A program made the translations under genes and the position numbers. DNA of 56,409 nt. It comes from Minisyncoccota bacterium. Its GTDB lineage: Bacteria > Patescibacteriota > Minisyncoccia > Phycocordibacterales > UBA9973. Position 1 is the first letter of the stretch. The number at the start of each line of letters is the position of its first letter. A model generated the notes under the pieces. The model searched no databases, was not told where the DNA came from, and saw nothing but the letters and a program-made list of their open reading frames with translations. Below, in pieces: positions 34,541 to 43,508 of this stretch. The stretch is taken from assembly GCA_041657885.1 (NCBI GenBank), contig JBBABB010000003.1, positions 1 to 56,409 of the forward strand. The letters run 5' to 3'.

Positions 34541-35944
34541 TTATTTTTGGACTGCAGTAGCAGTTACAGTTGAGGCATTGCTAAATCCCGACCCAAATAG
34601 AAAACCAGTTAATTTATTTTTCTTTTTAATATTTAGAGAATAAAGGAATATTCTTGTTATTGATATTGCTGAGATCATAGATATAAGTACGCCGATTAGA
34701 AAGACAAGCGCAAATCCTTTAATAAGAGAAGTTCCAAACCAGAATAAAATGATAGCTGTAATCATACTGGAAATGTTTGAGTCGCGAACAGAAAGCCATG
34801 CTCTCTTAAAGCCATGATGAATTGAATCTAAAATACCATCACCATTACGAAGCTCTTCTTTTATACGTTCAAAAATAAGAACATTCGCATCCACAGCAAT
34901 TCCTATGGAAATAATAAACCCAGCAATACCAGCTGCGGTAAGGATAACAGGAACTAATTTAAATATTGAGAGCATTATTATGACATACATTGAGAGAGCT
35001 AAAACTGCAATCATTCCAGGCAATCTGTACCAAATCATAAGGAAGAGTGCAATAGCCAAAAATCCAATAAGGGCTGCTTTGACTCCAGCACTTGTCGCAA
35101 GGACCCCAAGAGAAGGGCCAATTGTCTGAGTGGAAACAAGACTTATTGGCACAGGAAGGGCTCCCGAATTCAAACGGCCAACTAGTGTCTTTGCTTCTGT
35201 TGGAGTAAAATTACCTGATATTTGAGCTCTACCACCAGTAATTGTTTCATTTACTGTTGGTATTGAAATTGGCGTTCCATCAAGGAATATTGCCACACTT
35301 TTGCCGACATTTTCTTTTGTTATTTTCTCAAATAAAAGAGAACCTTCTGCATCAAATTGCAACGAGACTACTGGTTCACCCGTGGTCTGATTAAATTCAA
35401 GAATTGCTTTATCCAAGAAACGACCAGTAAGATCAGTTTTAATATATTTAGATGCATACATATCAAGAACAACTTTTCCATCTTTATCTACTGTTACTTC
35501 CTGAGGAGCATCTGTAATTGGATTCTCAGTGCGAAAATCTAGCATTGGGGTTTGCCCAATCATTTCTATTGCCTTACTAACATCCGTAACTCCGGGAAGG
35601 TCAACAATCAAACGTTCTTCGCCCGCATTTGAAAAACCACCATTTTGAACTTGAACAATTGGTTCTGAAACACCGAAGACATTGACACGTCTCTCTATGA
35701 CATCGCGAAGTGCGTCCATAGAATTTTTCAATTCTGTAGAATCTATCAGAGAAACATCTGCTTTATAAACCAAATGAGTACCACCGGAAAGATCTAAACC
35801 CAACTTGAATGGATATTTGGCAAGACCGGTAATTTTAGCATCTTTAGCTAAATTTCTATGACGAACTTCAGACTTATAAACAAAAAAACCGAGCCCGATT
35901 CCTAATAAGAGTATTAACAATGTTGCAATTCTTGTTTTCCACAT
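34541..35944 (-). CDS. secD: Protein translocase subunit SecD
   Basis: LGLDLSGGTHLVY, a periplasmic domain and a C-terminal six-TM bundle (GIAVDANVLIFERIKEE) are present. Confidence 0.9.
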   Translation of the reverse strand: MWKTRIATLLILLLGIGLGFFVYKSEVRHRNLAKDAKITGLAKYPFKLGLDLSGGTHLVYKADVSLIDSTELKNSMDALRDVIERRVNVFGVSEPIVQVQNGGFSNAGEERLIVDLPGVTDVSKAIEMIGQTPMLDFRTENPITDAPQEVTVDKDGKVVLDMYASKYIKTDLTGRFLDKAILEFNQTTGEPVVSLQFDAEGSLLFEKITKENVGKSVAIFLDGTPISIPTVNETITGGRAQISGNFTPTEAKTLVGRLNSGALPVPISLVSTQTIGPSLGVLATSAGVKAALIGFLAIALFLMIWYRLPGMIAVLALSMYVIIMLSIFKLVPVILTAAGIAGFIISIGIAVDANVLIFERIKEELRNGDGILDSIHHGFKRAWLSVRDSNISSMITAIILFWFGTSLIKGFALVFLIGVLISMISAISITRIFLYSLNIKKKNKLTGFLFGSGFSNASTVTATAVQK

Positions 35945-36053
35945 AATAGAGATATTTTATAGCTTTTTGACATAAAAAGCAATCAAACTATACTATGTTG
36001 ACAAGCTTGAATAAATATTATAGAATAAAAAAAAATTAAAGGAAAGGAACCCC

Positions 36054-36353
36054 ATGAAAAATGATAATCTTGAAAAAGCTGTCGCTAGTATTTTTTCTAA
36101 TGAGAAATCAAAAAAAGTTGCAAAAGAGATTTGTATACGTGAGTTAATAATTCTTAGCTCAACAGACGTTGATGCAAAGAATGGAACTTATACTAGCGTT
36201 TCAGAAAACTATACCTATACGGAACTCATCAAACAAGTAGAAGATGAAACTCCTGATGGGGTAAACGTCATAAAAGAGGATATCCGACTTAGGATACTTA
36301 TCGAACAAGGTTGGAAGAAGTTAAAAAAATTTCCAATGGACAAACCCTTCTGA
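36054..36353 (+). CDS. Hypothetical 99-aa protein
   Basis: There is a good RBS (AAAGGAAAGGAA, 4 nt before the ATG) and its own terminator at 36385-36416. I recognise no homology. Confidence 0.5.
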   Translation: MKNDNLEKAVASIFSNEKSKKVAKEICIRELIILSSTDVDAKNGTYTSVSENYTYTELIKQVEDETPDGVNVIKEDIRLRILIEQGWKKLKKFPMDKPF

Positions 36354-36384
36354 AAATGAAAAAATGAGACTAAAAATAAAAAAC

Positions 36385-36416
36385 AACCCCGCGCGCATTG
36401 CGGGGTTTTGTTTTTT
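36385..36416. terminator. Bidirectional GC-rich terminator
   Basis: AACCCCGC gcgcatt GCGGGGTT is followed by TTGTTTTTT. A-rich sequence upstream gives a U-tract on the other strand. Confidence 0.75.
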
Positions 36417-36440
36417 CCACATGTCTGACATGTGAGAAAA

Positions 36441-37133
36441 TTACTCTTTATATTCAAGCCATTCTAGGATTTCCTTATCAAAATTTTTATTATTAGAAAA
36501 ATAATCAGGGAAATCTTCTAAATTTAAAATCTTATTTTCTAAACGATTAACACCACTGAAATCCAAATAACTGCTCCATTTATATTCGCCCAAAAATTCT
36601 AGAGTTTTATTTTCATCCTTAATTCCAACTTCTTTCCAATCTTTCTGTATAAGTTTTACTGGATTCAAATGAATATAAGAAAAAAGATATTTAGCTTGGT
36701 TGTCATTTTCTATATACACAGATTTGAATGCCCCCTCAAACAAACCTCCAGTTCTATTATATTTAGCATTAAAATATTTTACATATGCGGTTTGTAACTT
36801 CCTCATAAATTCGGAAATAGCATTTCTCCCCTTTTTTTCCCACATGTCAGACATGTGGGAATTTATCATTAAATAAATATGAAAATGATTAGGCATTAGG
36901 ACCCAAGCTCCAATAGAAACTATTAGCTTTCCCCTTTCAAATTCAAAAGCATCAATCTTAATATCTACAATATTATCTCTAAATTTAAAATTATTTTTTG
37001 TATTACATATATAAAGTAACTTAACGAAATGTTTATAATCAGATTTATCTAAAAATATTTTCTGTTTACTATTTCCTCTATTATATATATGATAATATCC
37101 ACCTCTAGCAAATGGTATTTTTCTTTTAGCCAT
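36441..37133 (-). CDS. REP-associated tyrosine transposase (IS200/IS605 Y1 HUH family, RAYT-like)
   Basis: YHIYNRGN, the HUH motif LMPNHFHIYL, GGLFEGAFKS and the catalytic Tyr region YIHLNPV are present. Confidence 0.8.
   Translation of the reverse strand: MAKRKIPFARGGYYHIYNRGNSKQKIFLDKSDYKHFVKLLYICNTKNNFKFRDNIVDIKIDAFEFERGKLIVSIGAWVLMPNHFHIYLMINSHMSDMWEKKGRNAISEFMRKLQTAYVKYFNAKYNRTGGLFEGAFKSVYIENDNQAKYLFSYIHLNPVKLIQKDWKEVGIKDENKTLEFLGEYKWSSYLDFSGVNRLENKILNLEDFPDYFSNNKNFDKEILEWLEYKE
36839..36859. repeat. REP-like palindrome inside the RAYT coding sequence, inverted orientation
   Basis: CCCACATGTC a GACATGTGGG has perfect 10-bp arms. It encodes SHMSDMW just after the HUH motif. Confidence 0.85.
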
Positions 37134-37179
37134 ATATAAATTATATCATATTCCCCATATGTCTGACATGTGGGGAAAA

Positions 37180-37758
37180 CTATTTTCTCTTAAAAATAAG
37201 ATTGAAAATTATAGCTATAATCGCACCTAAAATATAGCCAACTAAGATGTCTATAGGAAAGTGAACGCCAGAAGCTACACGAGCTAACCCGATGAGTAAT
37301 GCAACAACAATATACAAATACTCCATTCTTTTATGAACAAAATAAAGTGATACCGCAAGTGCACCAAAAAACATCGCGTGACCAGATGGGAAGGAATCCA
37401 TTCCCCCATGTAAAAATAGTGGTTTAATATTTTCAAAAAGAATAAACGGTCGGGGTGATAAGATAAACAATTTAATAATAGTTGCGATAATCCAAGCTGA
37501 TATACTCGCAGAAAATATAAGTGCTACTTCTTTAAATTTATTCTTAAATTGTAAAAATGGTGTACGATAATTAAAAACTCCATCAGTATGAAAAATCAAA
37601 TATATAAATGCAAGAAAGACCATCATATATCCAAAACCATTTGCCGTAAATATCAAAAGCCAATCAAGAAAGACAGATTGATGCGCTAAACTATATAAAC
37701 TAAAAAATATTTCATTATTCATATTATTTATCTCCATAACGACTTTCCGCGACCGCAT
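37180..37758 (-). CDS. PAP2 superfamily phosphatase (undecaprenyl-diphosphatase-like)
   Basis: SFPSGHAMFFGA and SGVHFPIDILVG are present, with multiple TM segments. The start may be the ATG at 37737. Confidence 0.8.
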   Translation of the reverse strand: MRSRKVVMEINNMNNEIFFSLYSLAHQSVFLDWLLIFTANGFGYMMVFLAFIYLIFHTDGVFNYRTPFLQFKNKFKEVALIFSASISAWIIATIIKLFILSPRPFILFENIKPLFLHGGMDSFPSGHAMFFGALAVSLYFVHKRMEYLYIVVALLIGLARVASGVHFPIDILVGYILGAIIAIIFNLIFKRK

Positions 37759-37773
37759 TAAATCGTTATGCCT

Positions 37774-38610
37774 TTATTTTTTATTCTTCGCTACTTGTAA
37801 TACATTTTTTAAAAGTATCGCCACTGTGACTGGACCTACTCCACCCGGAGTCGGTGAGACAAAAGATGCAATATTCATTACGGACTCTAAATCAACATCC
37901 CCCACTACAGCACCATTGTCTTCAGAAGTACCAGCATCAATAATTATAACATCTTTTTTAACCATATCCCCTTTTATAAATTTTCCCTTTCCAATAGCAG
38001 AAATTATCACATCCGCATTTTTAATCAAAGCTTCTGTGTTTTCAGTTTTAGTATTAACAGTATTAACTTCGAGTCCTCTCTCTCTAAGTAAATGAGTTAC
38101 TGGTAGACCAACCAAACTTCCTTGCCCTAAAATTAATATTTTCTTTTTTGATAAATCAATATTCAGAATATCAAGAATTTTTACGCAAGCAAGAGCTGTC
38201 GGATAACCTATTTCACCTTCATTATTATAAAAATTTTCACTATTTATAGAGCCCAAACAATCAACATCAAGAGATGGGAAGATAGCATCAAGAACTTTTC
38301 TCTTGTCTATATGGTCCGGTAGTGGTAACTGGATTATGACTCCACACATATGTGGAACTCTGTTTAAATTTTCTATTTCCTCTACTAATTCTTCTGTTAA
38401 TACAGAATCTTTAAACTCGGCCGTACGAAATTTAATCCCTACTAATTCCGCAAATTTCGTCTTAATTCTAACATAGGAGGCTGAAACTGTATTATCTCCA
38501 ACTAAGATATCACAAAAAATAGGTATGAAAGGTAGAGATAAAACACCTTCTTTTACTTCTTCTAATATTTCATCTTTAATTTTTCTCCCATCTATTATTT
38601 GTGTTTGCAT
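37774..38610 (-). CDS. folD: Bifunctional methylenetetrahydrofolate dehydrogenase/cyclohydrolase
   Basis: ASYVRIK, QLPLPDHID, GQGSLVGLPV and PTPGGVGPVTVA are present. Confidence 0.9.
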   Translation of the reverse strand: MQTQIIDGRKIKDEILEEVKEGVLSLPFIPIFCDILVGDNTVSASYVRIKTKFAELVGIKFRTAEFKDSVLTEELVEEIENLNRVPHMCGVIIQLPLPDHIDKRKVLDAIFPSLDVDCLGSINSENFYNNEGEIGYPTALACVKILDILNIDLSKKKILILGQGSLVGLPVTHLLRERGLEVNTVNTKTENTEALIKNADVIISAIGKGKFIKGDMVKKDVIIIDAGTSEDNGAVVGDVDLESVMNIASFVSPTPGGVGPVTVAILLKNVLQVAKNKK

Positions 38611-38641
38611 TTTGTATTTATATTTTTATTCCACTATTCTC

Positions 38642-38673
38642 TTCACTCTATTCACTATTCACTATTCACTAAT
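38642..38673. repeat. 7-bp-period tandem repeat (TATTCAC)
   Basis: ttcactc tattcac tattcac tattcac taat lies between rodA and folD. No inverted partner is nearby. Confidence 0.7.
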
Positions 38674-38675
38674 AA

Positions 38676-39815
38676 TTATATTCCCAAAAATTCATTATGC
38701 ATATCATCTCTGTGAGCTACACGACCATAACGACTCATTCCCATTAAAATACCTAGACCAATAAATTCAGTTAGTAAATGAGACCCTCCATAACTCATAA
38801 ATGGCAGTGTGATACCGGTAACTGGCATAATACCAAGGTTCATTCCAATGTTTATGATAAAGTGAGTCATAAAATAAATTGCGAGACCTAGACCAAAGAG
38901 TATCTCAAAATTTGTAGTCCCAAGTAAGGCTATGTGTAATATACGCCAAATTATAAGCCCAAATAAAACAAAAAGAATTATAATTCCAACAAAACCCCAT
39001 TCTTCAGAAAAAGCTGCGAAAATAAAATCTGTTTGATATTCGGGTAAGAATTTTAATCTTGATTGTGTTCCAAAACCAACTCCCTTCCCAAATATTTGCC
39101 CACTTCCAACCGCAATCGTCGATTGATAAACGTTGTATCCTGAACCATGAATATTGGAAAGTGGTTGGATAAAATTTATAACACGAGCTTTTTGATAAGG
39201 TTGGAATACGAAACCCCAAAGAAAAACAAGGGAGATTACCACAACACCAATAACTATAAGTAGGTGTCGCTTTGAAATACCAGAGACAAGTGTCATCCCA
39301 AACCATATAAAAAAGATAATTATTGCTGACCCAAAATCTGGTTGTAGAAAGACAAGAAGAAATGGAATGAGAGCATAAATACCTGAAATAAAAATGTGTT
39401 TGAAATTACGTATTTCTATGTGTCGCCGAGAAAAATATTTTGCCAGCATTAGTATAACAATAAGTTTTATTGTATCCGAGGGTTGAAAAGAAAACCCTCC
39501 AAAAGAAAACCAACTTTGGGCCCCATTGGAGGTATGTCCTAGAAAAAACAAAAGTAAAAGTAATCCTGAAAAAATTAAAAAAAGAACGACTAGGACATCT
39601 GTTCTTTTTAAAAATCTAAAATCAATAAAAGAAAATGAAAAAAGAAACACAAAGGAAATCCCTATCCATATTAATTGGTGATTAAAAAATGAAGTTTCTC
39701 CGGTAAAAGATTTCATCGTTACCAAACCAGCCCCAAGAACAGGAATTATAAATAGGATTAATAACCAATCAATCCCACTAGAAATCTTACCTGCCTCTAT
39801 TTTTGGTGAAATCAT
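38676..39815 (-). CDS. SEDS family peptidoglycan polymerase (RodA/FtsW)
   Basis: QPSDTIKLIVILMLAKYF, LQPDFGSAIII, FIFAAFSEEWGFVG and TGITLPFMSYGGSHLL are present. Confidence 0.9.
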   Translation of the reverse strand: MISPKIEAGKISSGIDWLLILFIIPVLGAGLVTMKSFTGETSFFNHQLIWIGISFVFLFSFSFIDFRFLKRTDVLVVLFLIFSGLLLLLFFLGHTSNGAQSWFSFGGFSFQPSDTIKLIVILMLAKYFSRRHIEIRNFKHIFISGIYALIPFLLVFLQPDFGSAIIIFFIWFGMTLVSGISKRHLLIVIGVVVISLVFLWGFVFQPYQKARVINFIQPLSNIHGSGYNVYQSTIAVGSGQIFGKGVGFGTQSRLKFLPEYQTDFIFAAFSEEWGFVGIIILFVLFGLIIWRILHIALLGTTNFEILFGLGLAIYFMTHFIINIGMNLGIMPVTGITLPFMSYGGSHLLTEFIGLGILMGMSRYGRVAHRDDMHNEFLGI

Positions 39816-39838
39816 ATGCTTACTATATTAAAAATTAT

Positions 39839-40648
39839 TTAAAAAGAAACAGAAAAGGGATTAATCTGAATTAAGACATCTTTAATAACAGGAATAGATG
39901 AAAGTATTTCTGGCCAAGTAAAGACAACTGGTAAATTATCGCCACTTAGAAGTTTATCTTTGTAAGTTTTAGATGCATTAATAGCGTTATGCTCTGCATC
40001 ATAAAGAATTGCAATTACGTCAAATTCTGGTAAATCATAAATCGATGCGTTGCTAATAATAGCAGATAAATTGGGGGTATCTTTATTATCATCAAAAACA
40101 ATATTACTTACATTGATTGGAAGGGTTTGTAATGTTGGAGATTTTTTAATCCAAACAAGTGGTGGTAAAAATTCAAACGTAATACTCTTGAGTTCGCTTT
40201 CCCCCGCATCAAAACGAGATTCAAATACAGCAAATTGCTGATTTGGTGGAATAAAAGTGCTTCCTTGCCTACGACCCAATAATTTATTATTAACATCATA
40301 AACTCTAAATTCATATGGAGCTGAATATACACCCGAATTTTTATTTCTATTTTCAATAAAAGCAATGAGATTGTAATTGCTACCCACAACTGGGAAAGCC
40401 CGACTCCAAAGGACAACAGGGTCTGACACTTCCGCTAAACACATACGTAAACATGCCCCACCACAATCCACCCCCGTCTCTGCGCCATTTTGCTTGCTAT
40501 CTGTGCATGTGGGTTTCTTAAAAATCAAAGGATATATAAAAGCAAAAACAATAAGTCCAACTACTAAGAGAAAAATAGAGAGGTATTTAAATTGTCTACT
40601 TGATGCCCATGTCATATATCTTTCTATTATACCAAAAATCTGCCCCAA
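39839..40648 (-). CDS. Hypothetical membrane-anchored protein with a Cys-rich motif
   Basis: An N-terminal TM helix is followed by CTDSKQNGAETGVDCGGACLRMC and a beta-rich domain. I recognise no named family. Confidence 0.6.
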   Translation of the reverse strand: MGQIFGIIERYMTWASSRQFKYLSIFLLVVGLIVFAFIYPLIFKKPTCTDSKQNGAETGVDCGGACLRMCLAEVSDPVVLWSRAFPVVGSNYNLIAFIENRNKNSGVYSAPYEFRVYDVNNKLLGRRQGSTFIPPNQQFAVFESRFDAGESELKSITFEFLPPLVWIKKSPTLQTLPINVSNIVFDDNKDTPNLSAIISNASIYDLPEFDVIAILYDAEHNAINASKTYKDKLLSGDNLPVVFTWPEILSSIPVIKDVLIQINPFSVSF

Positions 40649-40681
40649 TGTGGAGCGAAAGTTTTTTGAGTTAAATTCTTT

Positions 40682-40793
40682 GTGCTGGCGGCAACCTACT
40701 TTCCCCGTTTATAGAGTATCATCGGCGCAACGAGACTTAACTTCTGTGTTCGGAATGAGAACAGGTGTGACCCCCGTGTTGAACCACCAACAC
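40682..40793 (-). rRNA. rrf: 5S rRNA
   Basis: The reverse complement reads GTGTTGGTGGTTCAACACGGGGGTCACACCTGTTCTCATTCCGAACACAGAAGTTAAGTCTCGTTGCGCCGATGATACT...GTAGGTTGCCGCCAGCAC. It contains the conserved CCGAAC..AGAAGTTAAG box and a 10-bp terminal helix. Confidence 0.9.
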
Positions 40794-40861
40794 AAAAAAT
40801 TCAACTATTTTATTTTCAAATTTTACTACATTACCCTCTTGGTAATGACAGATATAATACC

Positions 40862-40891
40862 TGAAAACTGAATGCTGTGAACGCAATAATA
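40862..40891 (-). other. 3' strand of the pre-23S processing stem
   Basis: tgaaaactgaatgctg (40862-77) is perfectly complementary to 46684-46699. gaacgcaataat (40880-91) is complementary to 46614-46625. Confidence 0.75.
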
Positions 40892-41134
40892 TGATTTCCA
40901 AATTTCCTAATAGGAATCGAACGATTAGTACGCCTCGGCTGAACACATTGCTGTGCTTACACCTAGCGCCTATCAACCTGATCATCTCTCAGGTTTCTCA
41001 AACGATTCCTCATCTTGAAGCTGGCTTCCCTCTTAGATGCTTTCAGAGGTTATCCATTCCCGACATAGCTACCGGGCAGTCCACTTGGCAGTAGAGCCCG
41101 TACACCAGAGGTCAGTTCATTCCGGTCCTCTCGT

Positions 41135-41545
41135 CACTTCATAAAAACTAAATTATTTTAGTTTTCACTATTCCCCTATTTCTAGGAGCGCAGACTATAT
41201 CTTCACCTTTTTCTGAAAAATTCAGAACGAAGGGTTGGCATATTACAGATATATGCAGTCATTTTCTAAGAAATGATTCCTCATATATAAGTCTCTCCTT
41301 ACGGATTAGTCGTTACGGGGTCAAACCTAAAACCCTATGCAAATCTTTGCATCAAGATAAATTAGATCGACTTCCCACGGTATTATCTTATCATTTTCTG
41401 GTCCTCAAGTAAATTCTCAACACAACGGCAGGACCGCACATTTGTGTATGTATAAGTGGACAAAAAATAATTTAAGACTTCACCGTTATTAGCCAAATTG
41501 TCATCACAAATTTCTTTGTGAAGTAGCAGAAACCCTCTCGGGTCT
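41135..41545 (-). mobile_element. Group I intron (411 nt, no ORF) inserted in the sarcin-ricin loop sequence
   Basis: The exons read ...GTTCCTAGT | intron | ACGAGAGGACCGG. The 5' exon ends in U and the intron ends in G. P1 pairs UAGU+AGA with UCUGCUA and has a U.G pair at the splice site. An S-like element GAAGATATAGTC lies at 41192-41205. Confidence 0.8.
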
Positions 41546-41701
41546 ACTAGGAACAAATCTTCTCAAGAATCAACGCCTGCAGTAGATAGGAGACCAACCT
41601 GTCTCACGACGGTTTGAACCCAGCTCGCGTACCTTTTTAATTAGCGAACAGCTAAACCCTTGGTAGCTTCTCCACCACCAGGATAAGGTGAGCCGACATC
41701 G

Positions 41702-41993
41702 TAAACGTAGCTATCAACAAAATATTTTAATTGCTAATAACACCGCCATCACTGGCGGGATCGGACTATATCTTCATCCTTCCATTAATCAATAATAATG
41801 GTTAGGAGATTGGCGTCTAGTCTCTGAGGATTCTTGTTAAAAATTTTAACAAGCCTTTCCTGCTGATTACCTTATCAATTACGAATAAGGGTTCCAGCAT
41901 ATGGCCAATTATTTTATTTTTCTCTTTACACCTATCAAACGTAAAGAAAAAACGCTAATATTATTTCTAATATGGCACCCCGATAATATGTTA
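41702..41993 (-). mobile_element. Group I intron (292 nt, no ORF) after U2500 (E. coli numbering by hand count), in the peptidyl-transferase centre
   Basis: The exons read GTTCGGCACCT | intron | CGATGTCGGCTC. P1 pairs GGCACCU with GGGUGCC (41974-80) with a U.G pair. P10 pairs AUCG with CGAU. The conserved Q (AATCAGCAGGAAAGG), R (CCTCAGAGACTAGACGC) and S (GATGAAGATATAGTCC) elements are present. Confidence 0.8.
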
Positions 41994-42234
41994 AGGTGCC
42001 GAACTCCGCCGTCGATATGAACTCTTAGGCGGAACTAGCCTGTTATCCCTAGAGTAGCTTTTATCCGTTAATCTTCATCCGCATCTAATGCGAAATGTCG
42101 GTTCACTATGTTCTACTTTCGTATCTGCTCGAGATGTACCTCTTACAGTTAAGCTAGCTTGTGCCATTACACTATCGGCACGATTTCCATTCGCGCCTAG
42201 CTAACCTTAATAAACTCCTCCGTTACTCTTTAGG

Positions 42235-43508
42235 CATTTATGTTAACCCAATTTATATTTTAAACTTGGAAGTATATATGGCTCAATTATATTTTTAAAT
42301 AATTGTGCCGATTCGCTATACACATACAGTCTCCATTGTGAATATTGTTTATGTATTCCGACTTTAATTCCAAACTTTTTTTCAAAAACATCTTTAATTA
42401 ACTCAAGCTCATCTTTTGTGTAGCAATTCGAATGAATTATATATGTTTTATGGTGGACAGATTTATATGACCCATCATCCATAAACCACATTGCTAAACT
42501 TTTTTGACTAAACAACTTAAAAATAATTTTAGGCATTACTTTTTTACCATTATGATAAAATTGTTGTCCATAAAATCTAAATATATCGCTTGAAATTGTC
42601 ATAAAACCATAAGATTTTAATTCTTTTCCAAGTGATATTCTTGTTCTTTCTTTTGGAGCTGATATCGTGAATTCCTTAAAAATTTGATACAAATAATCAA
42701 CATATTCTTTCTGTTTGATTGAGTGCTCAACTTTAAGGCGATATGTTCTGCCATTGTTTTGTGTTTCCAAATGGCCATCTCCTAAAATAATTCCTACAAG
42801 AATTTCTTTTTGTTCATCCGTAAGCTTTTCACTAATCGTTTTACTTTGTTTTGTTTTCATATTAGGTTTTCTAATTTTAAATTAGAACTTCATGTCGCCA
42901 TGAAGATCGGACTATATCATCATCTCAACTTTAGTTGAGAGCCAGCGTATAGTCTCTGAGGATTTTTATCAGATTCCCAAAGAAGGAGAAGAAAAAATAT
43001 TGTTATACTTTCTCTTCTCAAAATTTTCAAAACCTTAGATGAGATTTAACTTTTTACAGTCCATGTAGTTGACTCAACAAGATTCAACCAGCCAAAAGTA
43101 TTGTTCAACATACGTCTATGTATTCCTCTACAATCGTTAAGTTGTCCTGATTATACGGACTCTGTCATTATGCTTACACACAATGAGTATCTACCTAAGT
43201 GGTAGCCTACTTTTTCTCCTTGGTCTTGAATTAAATTCAAAGAACATTTCTCCTTCTTTGGAAACCCAATAAATCTTTCCTGCTGATTGTCCGCCGATTT
43301 TTACATCTCACTTTAAGATTTTTACTATTTATATTTTATAATAAATTAGTACTTAAAGATACATGCGGATGTTTCAGCATACAGCTGATTTTCTATCATC
43401 GTTTACACGATGATGTCCCCTTGTTTTATTTTTTTCGAGGTGGATTAGACCTCTCGAGGCGGCATAGTTCGAGAATTCAAATAGAAATTTATTCTGTTTA
43501 AATTCTCG
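42235..43508 (-). mobile_element. Group I intron (1274 nt) carrying a LAGLIDADG homing endonuclease gene, inserted just 3' of the P-loop (about E. coli 2262 by hand count)
   Basis: The exons read ACTGGGGCGGTATCCT | intron | CCTAAAGAGTAACGGAGG. The 5' exon ends in U and the intron ends in G. Q (AATCAGCAGGAAAG), R (CCTCAGAGACTATACGC) and S (GATGATATAGTCC) elements are present. The ORF occupies the 3' third of the intron. Confidence 0.8.
42243..42860 (-). CDS. Double-motif LAGLIDADG homing endonuclease (intron-encoded)
   Basis: It has two LAGLIDADG motifs, ILVGIILGDGHL and LAMWFMDDGS, and is 205 aa long. It lies entirely inside the intron. Confidence 0.85.
   Translation of the reverse strand: MKTKQSKTISEKLTDEQKEILVGIILGDGHLETQNNGRTYRLKVEHSIKQKEYVDYLYQIFKEFTISAPKERTRISLGKELKSYGFMTISSDIFRFYGQQFYHNGKKVMPKIIFKLFSQKSLAMWFMDDGSYKSVHHKTYIIHSNCYTKDELELIKDVFEKKFGIKVGIHKQYSQWRLYVYSESAQLFKNIIEPYILPSLKYKLG

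Larger units (their letters stand above)
36418..37177 (-). mobile_element. RAYT / IS200-like Y1 transposase gene with flanking REP-like palindromes
   Basis: The transposase ORF (36441-37133) is bracketed by CACATGTC t GACATGTG (36418-34) and TTCCCCATATGTC t GACATGTGGGGAA (37151-77). A third, inverted copy lies inside the ORF (36839-59). A fourth copy lies at 55212-55238. Confidence 0.7.
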
